Shown: piece by piece, positions 35,026 through 47,895 of the stretch
How positions within the stretch are numbered: position 1 is the stretch's first letter
How the letters are laid out: every line of letters starts with the position of its first letter
Origin: Selaginella moellendorffii
Lineage: Eukaryota; Plantae; Lycopodiophyta
NCBI RefSeq assembly: GCF_000143415.4
Contig: NW_003314437.1
Coordinates: forward strand, 30,477-94,476
DNA: 64,000 nt
Direction of reading: 5' to 3'
Notes under the pieces: model-generated
What the model was told of the DNA's origin: nothing
The model's input: the letters and a program-made list of their open reading frames with translations, nothing else
The model's database searches: none
Translations under genes and position numbers: made by a program

Positions 35026-37713
35026 GGACACCCTTGAGTAGTGCGGCTCGAAAGAATAGTCCGCCGCAGTTGTACTCGACAACGCATTTGCCCTTGGAGT
35101 CACCCGCTATTGCGTTGAAGACCCAGCTGAGCATTTCCCATGCTGCACCTGGAGCTTTCTTTGGATTCGAAAGCTCCATAGCCGTCTTCAGTTCCTCAGG
35201 CACGGGTAAATTGACCTCCCTCAGATCAATTCGATCGGCCTTGTTGAACGAAGCTGGGAAGTCACTCCAGTCCCACTCTGCTGCAGGACCAATAACAAGG
35301 GCGAGTGTGAAGATGCGGACATTCGTCGGTATCTTCTTCTTAGCCATTATCCCATGGATCTCCCGCATCTCCTTGCCTTTCAACCGAGCCTTCACCTCGT
35401 TCAAGGCCTTCCAGAACTTGTGATAGGATTCGGAGTCGTAGATCATATAGTGGACTGAAGATTCCACCTCCGCAAGTCCCACCATTAAGTCAATGATGGA
35501 GCTGACTTCGTCTGCATGAGTGATCTCTTCGTTTGTGAAGTCCATCACACAAAAGATGTTCTTGACTTGCTCATCTCCGCGGGAAACGATGCTCCTCCAC
35601 CTTTGATCCTCATCCGAATTCACGTATACTCGGTAAGGTTCTCGATAGGCCTCTGCTGCGAGGTCGAGCTGTTTCTGAAGCCGGCGGTCAACATCCCTCT
35701 TAATGAAATTTGGATACTAATCCAACTTCTCAGCTTTACTTTTCGTGGCATCCCGCAGCAGATCGATGAACTTGGGGGCCCCCTTGACGTACTCGTCGAT
35801 GTCTTCATTTGACAACTCCAGCGCTTCCATCATCTCTTGCGTGGTGTCGATGCTCACCCTCTCCACGGCCACTTGCTCGAAGATCCAATCCTTCAATAGC
35901 GCACGAGCTCTCAGAGTCGTGCACAAGTCCTCGTATGTCACAATATGGCCGGGAGTCATTTTGGTCTTGTTGAAGACTACCTCACCACGTAGAAGAGCAT
36001 TAGCCACTGTCAGAAGGTCGTCGTCGTCTAGAGACCGCGAGAAACGCAAGGCGTTGAGCTTCAAATCATTGGGCTTCCGGCCGTCCTCCACACCCATTGA
36101 GTTTAGCAACTCCCCGTCATGGTACCTCCTCAGCACATCTACCCATTTGTCAAAAACAACTTTTGTCGTGAGTAGAATGTTATGGATGCTGAGTGTGTCA
36201 TTGACCCCCAGTGTTTTCGAGAGAAGACTCGAGAATTCCTGCAATGGAAATGGCGTGAGGCCACATGCTATGCCACATGCAACGAGGCTTACCTGCCAGG
36301 CACTAGTTGCTAGTGCACGTCCTTGTCCTGGTTTTTGTGGCTTCTTCAGTTGAACCCAGAGCTTCCGTGTTCGTGCCAATGTCTCGTGCAGACCCGATTT
36401 GTAGCACGTTTCTTGCTTGACATTCTGCGCGTGGGAGATGTATATGATAGATCGAAGGGGCGAGTTGCCTTTTATCAGGCGGACAACTCTTGTCTTGAAG
36501 ACTTTCTTCACTTCCTCGCCCACCATAATATCCACAACTATCTCTTGCATCGCCAAGCTAGAATGCTGCCCGGAGATGGCATAGAACCGGATGTTCTGAT
36601 CGTCCAACACCTTCCTATTGATCAAGTCTGGAAACCTTGTCTCGCCCTTCATTGTTCGGTAGTAGGGGATCACGTCTGCGATGTTGGGTGTTACTGGACT
36701 TGCCAGCATCTTCTGCTTCAGTTTCTCCACCCACTCATCAGATACTAGCCTGTGGTTGTATTTGCTTTGGATGTCGATACGGCTCACGTCGATTGTATAT
36801 ACTTTGTTGGAATAGTAACAAGTACTATTATCTGCGACGATTTTTGCTGCCTCTTCTTGCTCTTTCTGCTCTTTGCGGCTCTTCTTTTTGGTGGGTGTAG
36901 TGTTTGAACCCGAGGCAATGGCATCACCGAGTAGCTTCTTTTTTGGAGCAAGAGAGTCGGACGTCGGCTTGAGCTTGACCACCCTTTTCTGCTTCGGGGT
37001 AGTTTCCAGATCGACCCCCTTCCCCTTCGCTTTGCGAACTGGAGGCACTCTCAACAGCTCAATGTTGGAATATAATTTTTGAACATCGCTGTAGGTGAGG
37101 TCCGTGGATTCCATATGATCTACATAGACCCGCAGCGTCTTTGAAATTGTGGGCCTCCTGGACAACCTCTCCCTAGCTCCCTCTAGGAATTCCTCATAGC
37201 TGCTGCCCCCCTCCGGGAAGCCGCTAGGATGTGCAAGGTGGATCTTGAAGGCGGACGCTGTCTCTACCACAAGTGCCAGTCCATATTCTTGCATGGAACT
37301 GCATGGAGTGTCTGTCACTTGGATGAGGATCCCCATGCATTCTTTTCTCCCACCATCTGTGTTGTACAGCATCAGATCCTTGCCTTCCATCCCGAAAGTC
37401 CAACTGGTGAGCTCCTCCCCCTTCTCTGCATCTACATTGACAGTGGCTGGAAGAAGAATGCAATTCCTCGCCTGTTCAGAAATGCACAACAATTAGAGCT
37501 GACAGATGAAAAGCTAGCAGCTGGAAATAACGTGAGGCCACACGCCATTCACCACTGCATCAGATGTCTTGAGGCTGCATCCTAAGATGGCGTGAGGCTA
37601 CACGCCATCTGTAACCGGACTGCACTCGAGAGCCCAATCGGTGCATGCCAATGTTGCTACTGAATGGTATGTGGCCTCATGCCATTTTCTACTTGGCCTA
37701 AAAGACTTACCAT
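35026..37713 (-). pseudogene. Transposon cargo gene, copy C, 3'-truncated inside the methyltransferase-like domain
   Basis: Reverse complement of B 28717-31404; carries the same in-frame TAG at 35717-35719. Confidence 0.8.
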
Positions 37714-39841
37714 TTGAAGCCGAATGGAGGCGTGACAATCGAGGCCGGACTCGCTGGCGAATGTGCACTGTGTGTGTAGCGGATCGTAGCAGCAAGGCTA
37801 CTCTGCCACTTACAGTTGGAGAGTGGCGCTGAAATCTCCTGGGACGCCAAGTGGGCTGCGTGTGGGTGGCGGAGTGGGCGGTGGAGTTGGTGACGAAGTT
37901 ACAAACTGGGTGTGTCTTGAACTGGACGCTGATGCACACGAGCGCGATGCGAGCGCGAGTGTGATGCAAGCGCGAGTGGACGCCGATGCACACGAGAAAC
38001 TTGTAGAGAAGGTAGATGAGCGCGAATGTGAGGGTGATCGCGAGTGGGAGCGTGATGCGAGCGCGGGTGTGCGAGCGCAAGTACGAAGCAAAATGCAAAA
38101 CCTAACCTCACACGCGCGAAATGGTAATCCCGCCACGTCATCATTCCTCGGACTTGGGCACCACCATTAATTTCTGGATCGCCGCGCGCATGCATGCACG
38201 TGAAATCCAAAAGAAATCCGCAATGTCATCATTCCTCGGACTGCATGCACGCGAAATCCAAAAGAAAGATCATGATTGGGATATCATTTAATACCCTCGC
38301 TATATTTATACCATGCATGATTGGATATTCCAAAGCATCTTGTATTTCCAAAAATGCCAAATGTTCAGCTAAATAAAGAATGGTATACAAAAAATCCCAA
38401 AAAATGCACCAAAAAATTCTCGGCATCATCTGGCGTTATCTCTTGAATGGCGTGGGGCCGCATGCCATTTTCAGGGGCACATAGGAGTATATTCCTAGAA
38501 TATTTTGACACGCGTGAGATTTTTTTGAGTTTTCTGGAGATCCAACCGTTAGATCGCAACTAGATTTTACAGAATTGTATACAATGTCTTTCTTGATGAC
38601 CCTGCAAAGAAGCATCTCGATCAGACAGCACATAAGACCACACGAGCCTTACAATGTTTCGGGGGCATTTGCCATAGATCTGACTGTTATTTTGCTCCAA
38701 GATCTTACAGTTTGGTGTGCATTGACCTTTCCATCGACACTGCAAAGGGACATCACAATCAGATGCGGGATCACAAGAAACTAACTTCACTAACTCTGGT
38801 TTCACCAAGATCTACGTAAGGAGTTATGAAATGAAAGGACCCTATCTATTGAAATGTGTTTATGGTCCTAGGGGCATTGTGACATATCAAAGGATTTTGC
38901 ATCAAGTTCTGTATTTGCATGTTTATCAAGCTACTGAATTGCTAAACCCTAAACCCTAAACCCTAAACATGTGGCAAATGCTGCGTGAAGAAAGATGCCC
39001 TTTCTGGGCAAATGCTGTAAGAGGTAGATGCCGAGCAGATGTATCTCAGGCTAGCGAAGGGGACAAACGAAAGCTAGCTATAAACATGACGGGATGCAAA
39101 TAGATTACTAGGCTGGTCCTGCGAAAATCAAAAACCATAATTGAAAACATTGAAAATGCAAAAAGAAAGGTTTATAATATTTTTGAATTTTAAGCAACCA
39201 AAGGAATGTAAGTAGGGCATGTGTTCGTAAGTTTAAAAATGCCTCAACCACTTAAATTCCCAAGTAAATAAAGCTGTTTCTATTTTTGGTACAGGTAAAC
39301 TTTATAGCGTGTGGGCTCATACAATTTTGAACCCAAAAATGCACCAAAAAATGCTCGACTAGCATTATTCTTTGAATGGCGTGTGGCCTTATATTGCCAT
39401 AAATGGACATACACACATAGCATAATTATTCCTTTACACGGCGAATAATCTTGGCGCGGATCGCTGACATGGCATGGCAAAGTTCGAATCACTGATATGG
39501 CACAGCTGGATCGAGGCAAGGACATGATGTGACAAAGTTCAACCTCCGACAGCAAAGTCTAGAAGCTACTCAGTTTGAAATTTGTCAGAGGAATCATAAG
39601 ATCTGGTTTGTCAGAGGATTTGATGTGACGTTCAAGTGTGTGTTATTTTTGAATTCTCGAACTCATTCCTAGGTCTATCATTTTTGTGCGCCATGTTCTT
39701 GGTTCCGCTGAGCGCAGTGAGCGCTGCTTGTGTAAGCGGCGTTGTGAGCTGTGGTTTATGCGTCTACGAGCGGTTGCGGCATTGTGAGTGCCATTGCGAG
39801 CGGCAGTTTATGCGAGTGGCAGTTTGTGCAAGCGGCGCTAC

Positions 39842-40035
39842 TGTAAGCAACCAAAGGGAACGACTTGAGAGACGATCCATGGGGTTCAAATATAGAGGGA
39901 AAGGGCCCATGAACAAGAGTGCACCCCCTTTTCCTATCGGTTAAGGGTCTTGGGATATTTGGGGTTAAGCGTCCTTGGGTGTGAATAGTACTGGACTGGG
40001 TGACCTCCCGGGAAGTCCAAACTCAGGAGCTTACA
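39842..40035 (+). mobile_element. Cassandra-like (5S-bearing TRIM) solo LTR, 194 bp
   Basis: Termini TGTAAGC...GCTTACA; perfect TSD GCTAC; absent from copies A and B. 39964-40018 (GTTAAGCGTCCTTGGGTGTGAATAGTACTGGACTGGGTGACCTCCCGGGAAGTCC) resembles the A-box/IE/C-box part of plant 5S rRNA. Confidence 0.85.
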
Positions 40036-40399
40036 GCTACGAGCAGTTGCGTTGTTGCGAGCGGCGCTACGAGTAGTTGCGGTGTTGCGAGCGGCACTGT
40101 CTTTGGTGTGGCTACCGCTTCCTCTTGATATTCGGCACTTGTGCTTCCTGGTATGTTCACCATGGAATGGCTTAGGACCACATTTAGAAATGGCATGAGG
40201 CCTCATGCCATTAGTGGTACCACTAATGGCATGAGGGCTCATGCCAATTTTGTGAATGCGAAATTTCACGTGGGTGTCAATAGCATGTTTGAATAATGGC
40301 ATGTGGCCTCATGCTATTGAGGTTGTTTGGTATGTTATGATTTAGGCCATTCTCCAATCATTTTTTGTATGGTCTTAACTTCTTTTCTGCACTTTCAGA

Positions 40400-43300
40400 A
40401 TGGCCTTCAGGGTTGGGGAAAAGGTTTACATTTTGAATGGTGGGAAGAGAGTTGCAAAAGGGACCCTTGTGTCTATGGATCGGAACTTTGTTATACACTG
40501 TGAAAGGCTTGGGGAAGGCAATGCTACTGTATCAGTAGAGACTGTCTTCGATGGGAATGTGGTCGCTATTGAACGAGGAGAGATGGTCGTCGGGGTAAAT
40601 GTTGTTGTTGCCTTGAAAAATCTTCAGAAGAAAGCAGATGTTGGGGACAGCGCAAGTGCGACGCATGTTCCCTCCGTGGATCTTAAGAACCGTGCTACAT
40701 GGATTCAGGCAAAAGTGTTTCTAAACAACCCCGAGGGGGAGGTGGTAGCTGAGGGCTTAGCCACAGTTGTCGATCCAAGAGATGCGGTTGCTAATCAAGA
40801 ATTGGGCTGGGATGATATTGGAGTTGCGATTTTAGAGGTTGTTGACACAGAAGAAAACAGTCTGACTATTGGAAGCATTGTGCGGTGGAAATTGAGGCAC
40901 TTAGTGTTTGAGAATGTGAAGGATTCACAATCAAACACCACTACAACTGATGACAGAACATCTCTTCATGGGAAAAGAAAGTACACCTTCCTAAAGCGCA
41001 GCCAAAGGGATCTGAGCAACGAACCGAAAAGGCAGAAAATGGCGATGGAGGTTCGAATGGTCTCGACAGTTGCTTGTTGCAAGAGGAGGTGCTGTCAACA
41101 TGCTGATTGGGATGCTATTGAAGAGGAGAGAGAAAGATACAAGACATTGTCCTGGAAGGCAGCTCGCAATTTTGTGTATGAGGCATTACGGTCATCTATT
41201 GATGCTTCAGAACATCAGGTGGGGGGCATGGTCTTCCAGAGGGGTTTGGTCTGCATGAAGGCATGGAGAATCATTTATGGAGTCCCTCGAACCACATTCT
41301 ATAGAATCAAAACTGAGTTCGAGGAACAAAGGGTTCAACAGGCAGTCCATGGGAACGACGGTACGCACAAAACCAGGGGTCATGTTGTATATGGAGAGGC
41401 AATCTTCAAGAGGTTTGTCGAGACATGTAGCGAGCAGCAACCACATAAAACCTGCCTCTTGGAAGATGGAACACGAGACACCCAACGAGTTCTCCCTTCC
41501 ATGTATACCAAGGGGGCCATATTGGAAGATGTGAATCGGGAACTCCAGAGTAATGGCTACAGGAAGCTGAGCCAATCTAGATTTAGTAGATTGTGGAGCA
41601 ACAGGTTCAGGGATGTGAGTATAGGAAAGTACTCCAGCTTTTCAAAGTGTGACGAGTGCACTGCTATCAAAATGGTTTTGTCGAAGAATTCTTGCAGCGC
41701 TCAAGAGCGAGAGACGTTGGTTAGAAGGTGGCTCGACCACAACATCGAGCAGAGAAGCTGCAGGACTGCATATTATCATAACAGGATTCTCTCCATGGAG
41801 AGACCTGACTCTTACCTCTGCATCATCCACGACAAAATGGACCAGAAAAAGACATGCTTACCTCGACTCAATCCTGCCCCCAAGGCAATCTCTTCATCCA
41901 TGCAACTGCCTGTGTCTCTGTTTGGCATAATCGCTCATGGGCATGGTGCCCAGAACTATGGGAACTTCTTTGTACCTCTATGGGGTGGCGGGGGTGCAAA
42001 CATGATGATTGCGTCCCTAGCAAAACACTTAAGGTCTCTGCAAAGTGCGCAGACTGAGCTGAACGGCCAACCCTTGCATAAGGCCCTTGTCGATCGAACC
42101 CCATACAGGGTTCAGCTGGAGGAGGAGCAAAGGCTTGCAGTATCGCGTGGGGCCCCATGCCATCCCAGTGAATATGTTGGCCGTCAGATTGTAGGGTTAT
42201 CACGTGAGGCCTCATGCCATTCCGACGAGGCTGGTCGCCCGGTGAATGCACAGCCTCATCCAAACGAAGCAGAATCTCAAGGAAGTTCTTGCGGCCGATG
42301 TGGCCTTCCACCCCATCTTCTGCTCCAAACAGACAATGCTGGCAGTGAGAACAAAAACATGTACGTCTTCGCGTACTTGGCGATGCTTGTTGCCAAAGGC
42401 ATATTTGAAACGGTTACACTTGGCTTTCTCATGGTTGGGCACACTCATGAAGACGTTGATGAAATGTTCAGTCACCTGGCAGAGTCCCTCCGGCGATCCA
42501 ATGTCCTCACCCTCCCACAACTCTACGATGAATTCCAAAATTGCATCAAAGGCACTGTTGAAGTTGCACTTGTGACAGAGGTTCCAGACTTTAAGGGGTT
42601 TGTAAGAGGCTACATCACGGACGGATCCGAAACGCTGATTGGCCACTCCAAGCCTCTTCAGTTTCATTTCAGCATGCATGACGGTGCTCCAATGATGAGG
42701 TACAAGATGAGAGAATGGGACACAGTGTGGCTGCCAGTGGACAGCATTGAACTCTTCAAGAGAGATCCCATAACTGGGGAACTTATGATTCCTCAGGGTT
42801 CCCCACGGCCGATGCACCCGGATGGACTCAAAGACCAGGAAAGTATAGTGGCCGGGATTAGACAGCATATTGCCTTCTGGAAGAGGGGGTTGGTGTTTGG
42901 TGGAGAATCCTATTTTCAGAGGTGCAAGCCTTTGCTCGAATACTGGGAGAAGATTATATCTGCTATCCAAAATGGGCCGGTTGTATATGAAGAATTGGAA
43001 GAGTCCTTTTGGCCAGAACCCAGAGCACCAGATAGTAGCGGAACAATGTCCTCTGGAAATGCAGTGACAGATAATGATGTTGAGGATCACTATTGTGGGC
43101 CGAGGAACAAGAAGCCGGATTGAGCATTCAATCCAGTACAGGTCTGCAAAGGAATGGTCGTGCATGTTAGACCCAGTAATAAAAAACAAATGATATGGGT
43201 GGGGCGCTGCATCACTGATGCAGAGGAGGACGCGGAAACTAACTCCTTCAATGTAACTGTGGAGTGGTTCAAGCCAAGTTCCAGATATACGAAGGATTGC

Positions 43301-43541
43301 CTAGAAAAGAGATGGGTGCTAAATCCAAGGGATCCCAGCATGAGCATATCAGTGGATAATGTTGTGCATGGTTGGATGCAGAAGCAGAGTGCCACCATCA
43401 CCTTGCCAGACCATGCAAAAGATGCAGCAAGAGCATTCATAACCCGGGTTCAAGGTGAGATTTATTAATATTCCTTTACTAAGTTTCTAATGTATTTTAT
43501 TTCAAGGTGAACAATCCGAATCTGAATCAGAGGAGGCGTGA
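40400..43541 (+). pseudogene. Transposase, copy C (907 aa open, then premature TGA at 43121-43123)
   Basis: TCA in copies A and B is TGA here, and the frame continues to 43454. Probable intron 43455-43506 and terminal exon ending at TGA 43539-43541. Confidence 0.85.
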
Positions 43542-45628
43542 TGGCATGTGGCCTTACGCCATTCCTAGGTGAGATGATACAAATAACAAGTATAAATTTT
43601 TAGTTGTTCTAGCAAATTTTACTTAAAGTTCAAGGTGAACAAGCCGAATATGAATTCATCGGATTGTTATAACAAATTGCGAGGTGATGGCATGAGGCGA
43701 TACGCCATTTGAGAGTGGTAGCCATTCCTATATGAGGTGAGTGAAATATTTATTAGAAATACCTCATTCAATTGTGCACTTCTAAGTCTTGGTCCACTCA
43801 GTACTGTTTGCATGTTTCTATTTTAATTCTTTCTCTAAAATGTTATTTAGCATGTGGCTTCATGCCATTGCTCTCCACAATCATGCATTGAATTTTTCTA
43901 TCCTTGCATAATACTTCTCCATATATATAGCATGTGCGCACATGTGATATGGTTCATTAGGCCTGATATAGTGTGTGAGGTAAAACAAAGATGATGTGAC
44001 ATATGAATTTACTAATCACACGTGCATAAATCTAATAATATGGCGTGTGGCCCATATTAATGGCACATAAACCCATATTATGGGCTTACGTGCTTTATGT
44101 ACCATCATTCCCTTGCAGCGTGTGTGTTGGTTTCCTTTTATAACACAACGAACTCCATATTTTAGGGTGAAGAGCGTTCTCAGTGCAAGCACAAAATCTG
44201 TAAGTGAGGCAGAAAAGGAGACGGAGAAGGAGATAGGTGAAGATGTAGAATATATAAGTCTTCCAAACTCCCCGTACTATACTCCAGGTGATCATTTTTC
44301 TGAACAAACGGCAACATTAACAACTATCGAGAACGCCCTAGTAACGTTAGAGACAACAATCCAAAGCAAAACAACTGACCCGGAGAAGGATGATAGTACC
44401 GCTGAGAGTACCAAAAAGGAGGTGTCCACTAGCGCTTAGGCTTATAATGGCGTGTGCCCTCATGCGATTTACTTGATCACCAAATACTTTTTTCCCTTTG
44501 CACTAGTATATCTTAATACCGGTCTAAGAAATAGAATGGCATGTGCCCTCAGGCCTTTTACTAAATCACCTTTAAAAGAAATGCAAGCCTCTATGTCATA
44601 AAAAAAAGGTACTAGAGAAATTCCTTAATAATATGAATGTTATTTTGTTTCATGAAAATACACTAAGGGTCAAATGAGTGAAATAACTTTTCCAGACTAG
44701 CAATGCCTCTTGCTACACCTTCACAATTAGATTCGTTAGAAAAAGATAACATTGAATAATATCTAAATGTTCTCACCATTAAGTTATATGTCTGGCTAAT
44801 AGGAATGACGTTCATCTTGGAAAGCTCACCACACGCTCAATGAACAAATAAATAGTGTGTGCGCGCATGCCATCGCTCTTCTTTAGCTTCAGATTCGGCT
44901 TGTTCACCTTGACAATGAGATTTATTATACAACCAGATGGACTCAATCTGGACACAAAGTCACTGCGCTAGTCACCATGCCCCAAATATGTCTAGCCCCT
45001 GGACAAAAAACATATAATTTCACGTCATTTTCAAATACTTGAAAATTTGTACCTAGTCCCATTTTACTGAATAAATCCCACTTTAACAAAATAGAGCTTA
45101 ACTTAATGCCCCAGAGTGGCACGAAATAGAAGAGAGGATGATGGTGCCCTCGAGTAGAGAACTTCCTAGGATGGGAAGTGGAGTTGCACAAAAGGTGCAA
45201 GGCAAGGTGTCGGAGACACCTAGGAAATTGACTCCAAGAAGTCAAAATTCAAAGTTCCAAAGTGCAAAGGTTATATCGATGGGAACTGAGACCACTCGAG
45301 AATGAGTAATGGGAATTGAGTTAGAAAAGATGTCTCTAACAAGTTTAGTGAGAATTGAACCAATAAAAGGGAGCAAACCACCCCAGGTGGTCAAATAAGT
45401 CTCTATATTGGAAAGACTATGCTCCTTAGAGGATGGGCAAGGCAGAGTGAGCCTTTGGTGTCAAACCATTGACGAATATGGAGAAGGCATGGTGAGCCTT
45501 CAATGTCAAACTATTGACAAATATTGGCTAGGTGCCAAGGATGGAAATGGTAACACATGCGGGTGTTACTTTATAAAATAGTTTATCGTTCGATGAGGAC
45601 ATCGAACTTCGTCTATGGGTGGTGGAGT

Positions 45629-46104
45629 TGTGAGACACAAAATCCCTAGGCCCCAAAGTAGAGCCGGAAGGGTGCCATGTGGTGGTGGCCAAAGTGAAAA
45701 CCAAACGAGTGTAAGACGTTTAGACTAAAAGCTCCGACTTGAAAGGTCGAGAGCAGGAGAGGAACTCCCAACGAAGTGCTCAACGAACGAGCACGAAGCG
45801 AGCAATAAGAGAGGCTCCAAAAAAGGACCCAAAAGGACCAACACATGACACGTGGAAGTGTCCGAGATGGACCCGAGTTGGGGTCCGAAGCGGAGTCCGA
45901 GATGGACCCGAGTTGGAGTCCGAAGTGGAGTCCAAGATGGGGTCCGAGATGGAGTCTGAGGTGGATCCGAGATGGACCCGAGCTGGAGTCCAAGATGGAG
46001 CCCGAGATGGAGTCCGAGGTGGATCCGAGATGGACCCAAGATGGAGTCCGAAATGGAGTCCGAGGTGGACCCGAGATGGAGTCCGAAGTCGAGACCGAGA
46101 CCGG

Positions 46105-46166
<62 letters not shown>

Positions 46167-46767
46167 TCGGGACCGAGACCGAGACCGAGGCCGAGGCCGA
46201 GACCGAGTCCGAGTCCGAGTCCGAGTCCGAGTCCGAGTCCGAGTCCGAGTCCGAGTCCGAGTCCGGAGCCTGAGAGGGTGAAAGCCAAAAGCGTTCGTCT
46301 CCCAGACCCTGGGGGGTTTGGTGAGCTCCAAAAGTATAGTAGGGGGAGGACTGCAGTGGAGCCAGTTTGGCCAGGAAAGGCCAGTTTGGCCCAGGAAGGC
46401 CGGACCCAGTGTTGGGTGATGAGCTGCCCACTGGGAAGTCCAAGACTAGAGTGAACACAGACCGACAAGCGGGGTAGCTTGGTGGAGTCCGAGATGGAGT
46501 CCGAGGTGGACCCGAGATGGACCCGAAATGGAGTCCGAGATGGAGTCCGAAATGGAGTCCGAGATGGACCCGAGATGGAGTCCGAGATGGAGTCCGAGAT
46601 GGAGTCCGAGGTGGACACGAGATGGACCCGAAATGGAGTCCGAGATGGAGTCCGAGATGGAGTCCGAGATGGACCCGAAATGGAGTCCGAGATGGACCCG
46701 AGATGGAGTCCGAGATGGAGTCCGAGATGGAGTCCGAGATGGAGTCCGAAGTCGAGACCGAGACCGG

Positions 46768-46817
<50 letters not shown>

Positions 46818-47895
46818 TCGGGACCGAGACCGAGACCGAGGCCGAGGCCGAGACCGAGTCCGAGTCCGAGTCCGAGTCCGAGTCCGAGTCCGGAGCCTGA
46901 GAGGGTGAAAGCCCAAAGCGTTCGTCTCCCAGACCCTGGGGGGTTTGGTGAGCTCCAAAAGTATAGTAGGGGGAGGACTGCAGTGGAGCCAGTTTGGCCA
47001 GGAAAGGCCAATTTGGCCCAGGAAGGCCGGACCCAGTGTTGGGTGATGAGCTGCCCACTGGGAAGTCCAAGACTAGAGTGAACACAGACCGACAAGCGGG
47101 GTAACTTGGTGAAGTGTTCAAGAGCCGGCTCTAGTTCCCCCGGGAGATCGACTGGCCGATGCTCCCAGTCCAAGTGTGGGTGGCACTACCTACTTGGATA
47201 CCTGGTGTGGCTCAACGGAACCCGCTCTAAGCCCATGGCTAGAGCACCCAAGGGCAGAAGGCGAGGAGAGTACCCAGGTGGCTCGCGTAAGGCCACGGTG
47301 TTCCGAAATGTTGTCCCAAAGGCCCAGACTGTGGAAAGGAAGAGGAGCAGTCCTCTGGGGTAGTGACCAAGGACACAGTCGTGTGGTGAGGAAGTCCCAG
47401 AGGACCGTGGGACTTAGTGGTCGGGCCTGTGGGTCTCGATCCAGTGGCAGTGTTGGCAAACTCGGCCAGGGGCAGAAAGGGACTTAGTGGGGACTGACAG
47501 AGGGATATTAGGGAAGGCTATTCCCCTTGTCGGTGGGCATCCTAAGGATGCTAAGGAGTGGATCTGAGATGACCACTCACGGATGGTTTTCCTAGTCTTG
47601 GAGAGCCAAGACGGTGATGCAAGTGGTATTGGACTACCAGTGTGGCAAAGGTGATTGGGCATGGCCTTAGCGTAACGGGCTGCTATGTCGGTGGTACCTT
47701 TGAGTGTCGGTCATGGGATCGGACACGTGGAGCACTTGGACCAAGTGCAAATGTTGAGTGGCATGGATGCCATTCTCGGGGCTAGCAAGTCCCAAGTCCT
47801 GGATTGGACTTATGGAGGTTGTGAATGAGACTCCTCCAAGTGGTCAGAGGTGTGGTTAAGTGACTAAAGTAGAATGGAAAATTTAGTCACTTACA
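45629..47895 (+). mobile_element. Family-1 3' LTR with an internal ~630-bp tandem duplication
   Basis: TGTGAGAC...CTTACA termini; preceded by the same PPT as 50661. The block satellite + GTCCGGAGCCTGAGAGG... occurs at both 46261 and 46888. Confidence 0.9.

Larger units (their letters stand above)
35005..45099 (+). mobile_element. Large Sola1-like DNA transposon, copy C (inverted; ~3.3-kb deletion leaves only 14 bp of one TIR)
   Basis: AAGCTCTATTTCGT at 35005-35018 and a full TIR at 45076-45099; perfect TSD AACT (35001-35004 and 45100-45103). Confidence 0.93.

Noticed and set aside
39964-40018. Functional 5S rRNA gene
   Set aside because: Only the internal ~55 bp resembles 5S, and it lies within an LTR bounded by a TSD.
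42212-43189. Long antisense ORF over the transposase (also 1813-2691)
   Set aside because: A shadow ORF; broken in copy B, with no recognisable protein features.
1433-45099. Three copies as an assembly duplication artefact
   Set aside because: Each copy has different flanks, B and C have their own TSDs, and each has private substitutions and indels.
47030-47070. Possible 5S remnant in family-1 LTR (...CTGGGAAGTCC)
   Set aside because: Only an 11-bp exact match with weak upstream similarity; not supportable without a covariance-model search.
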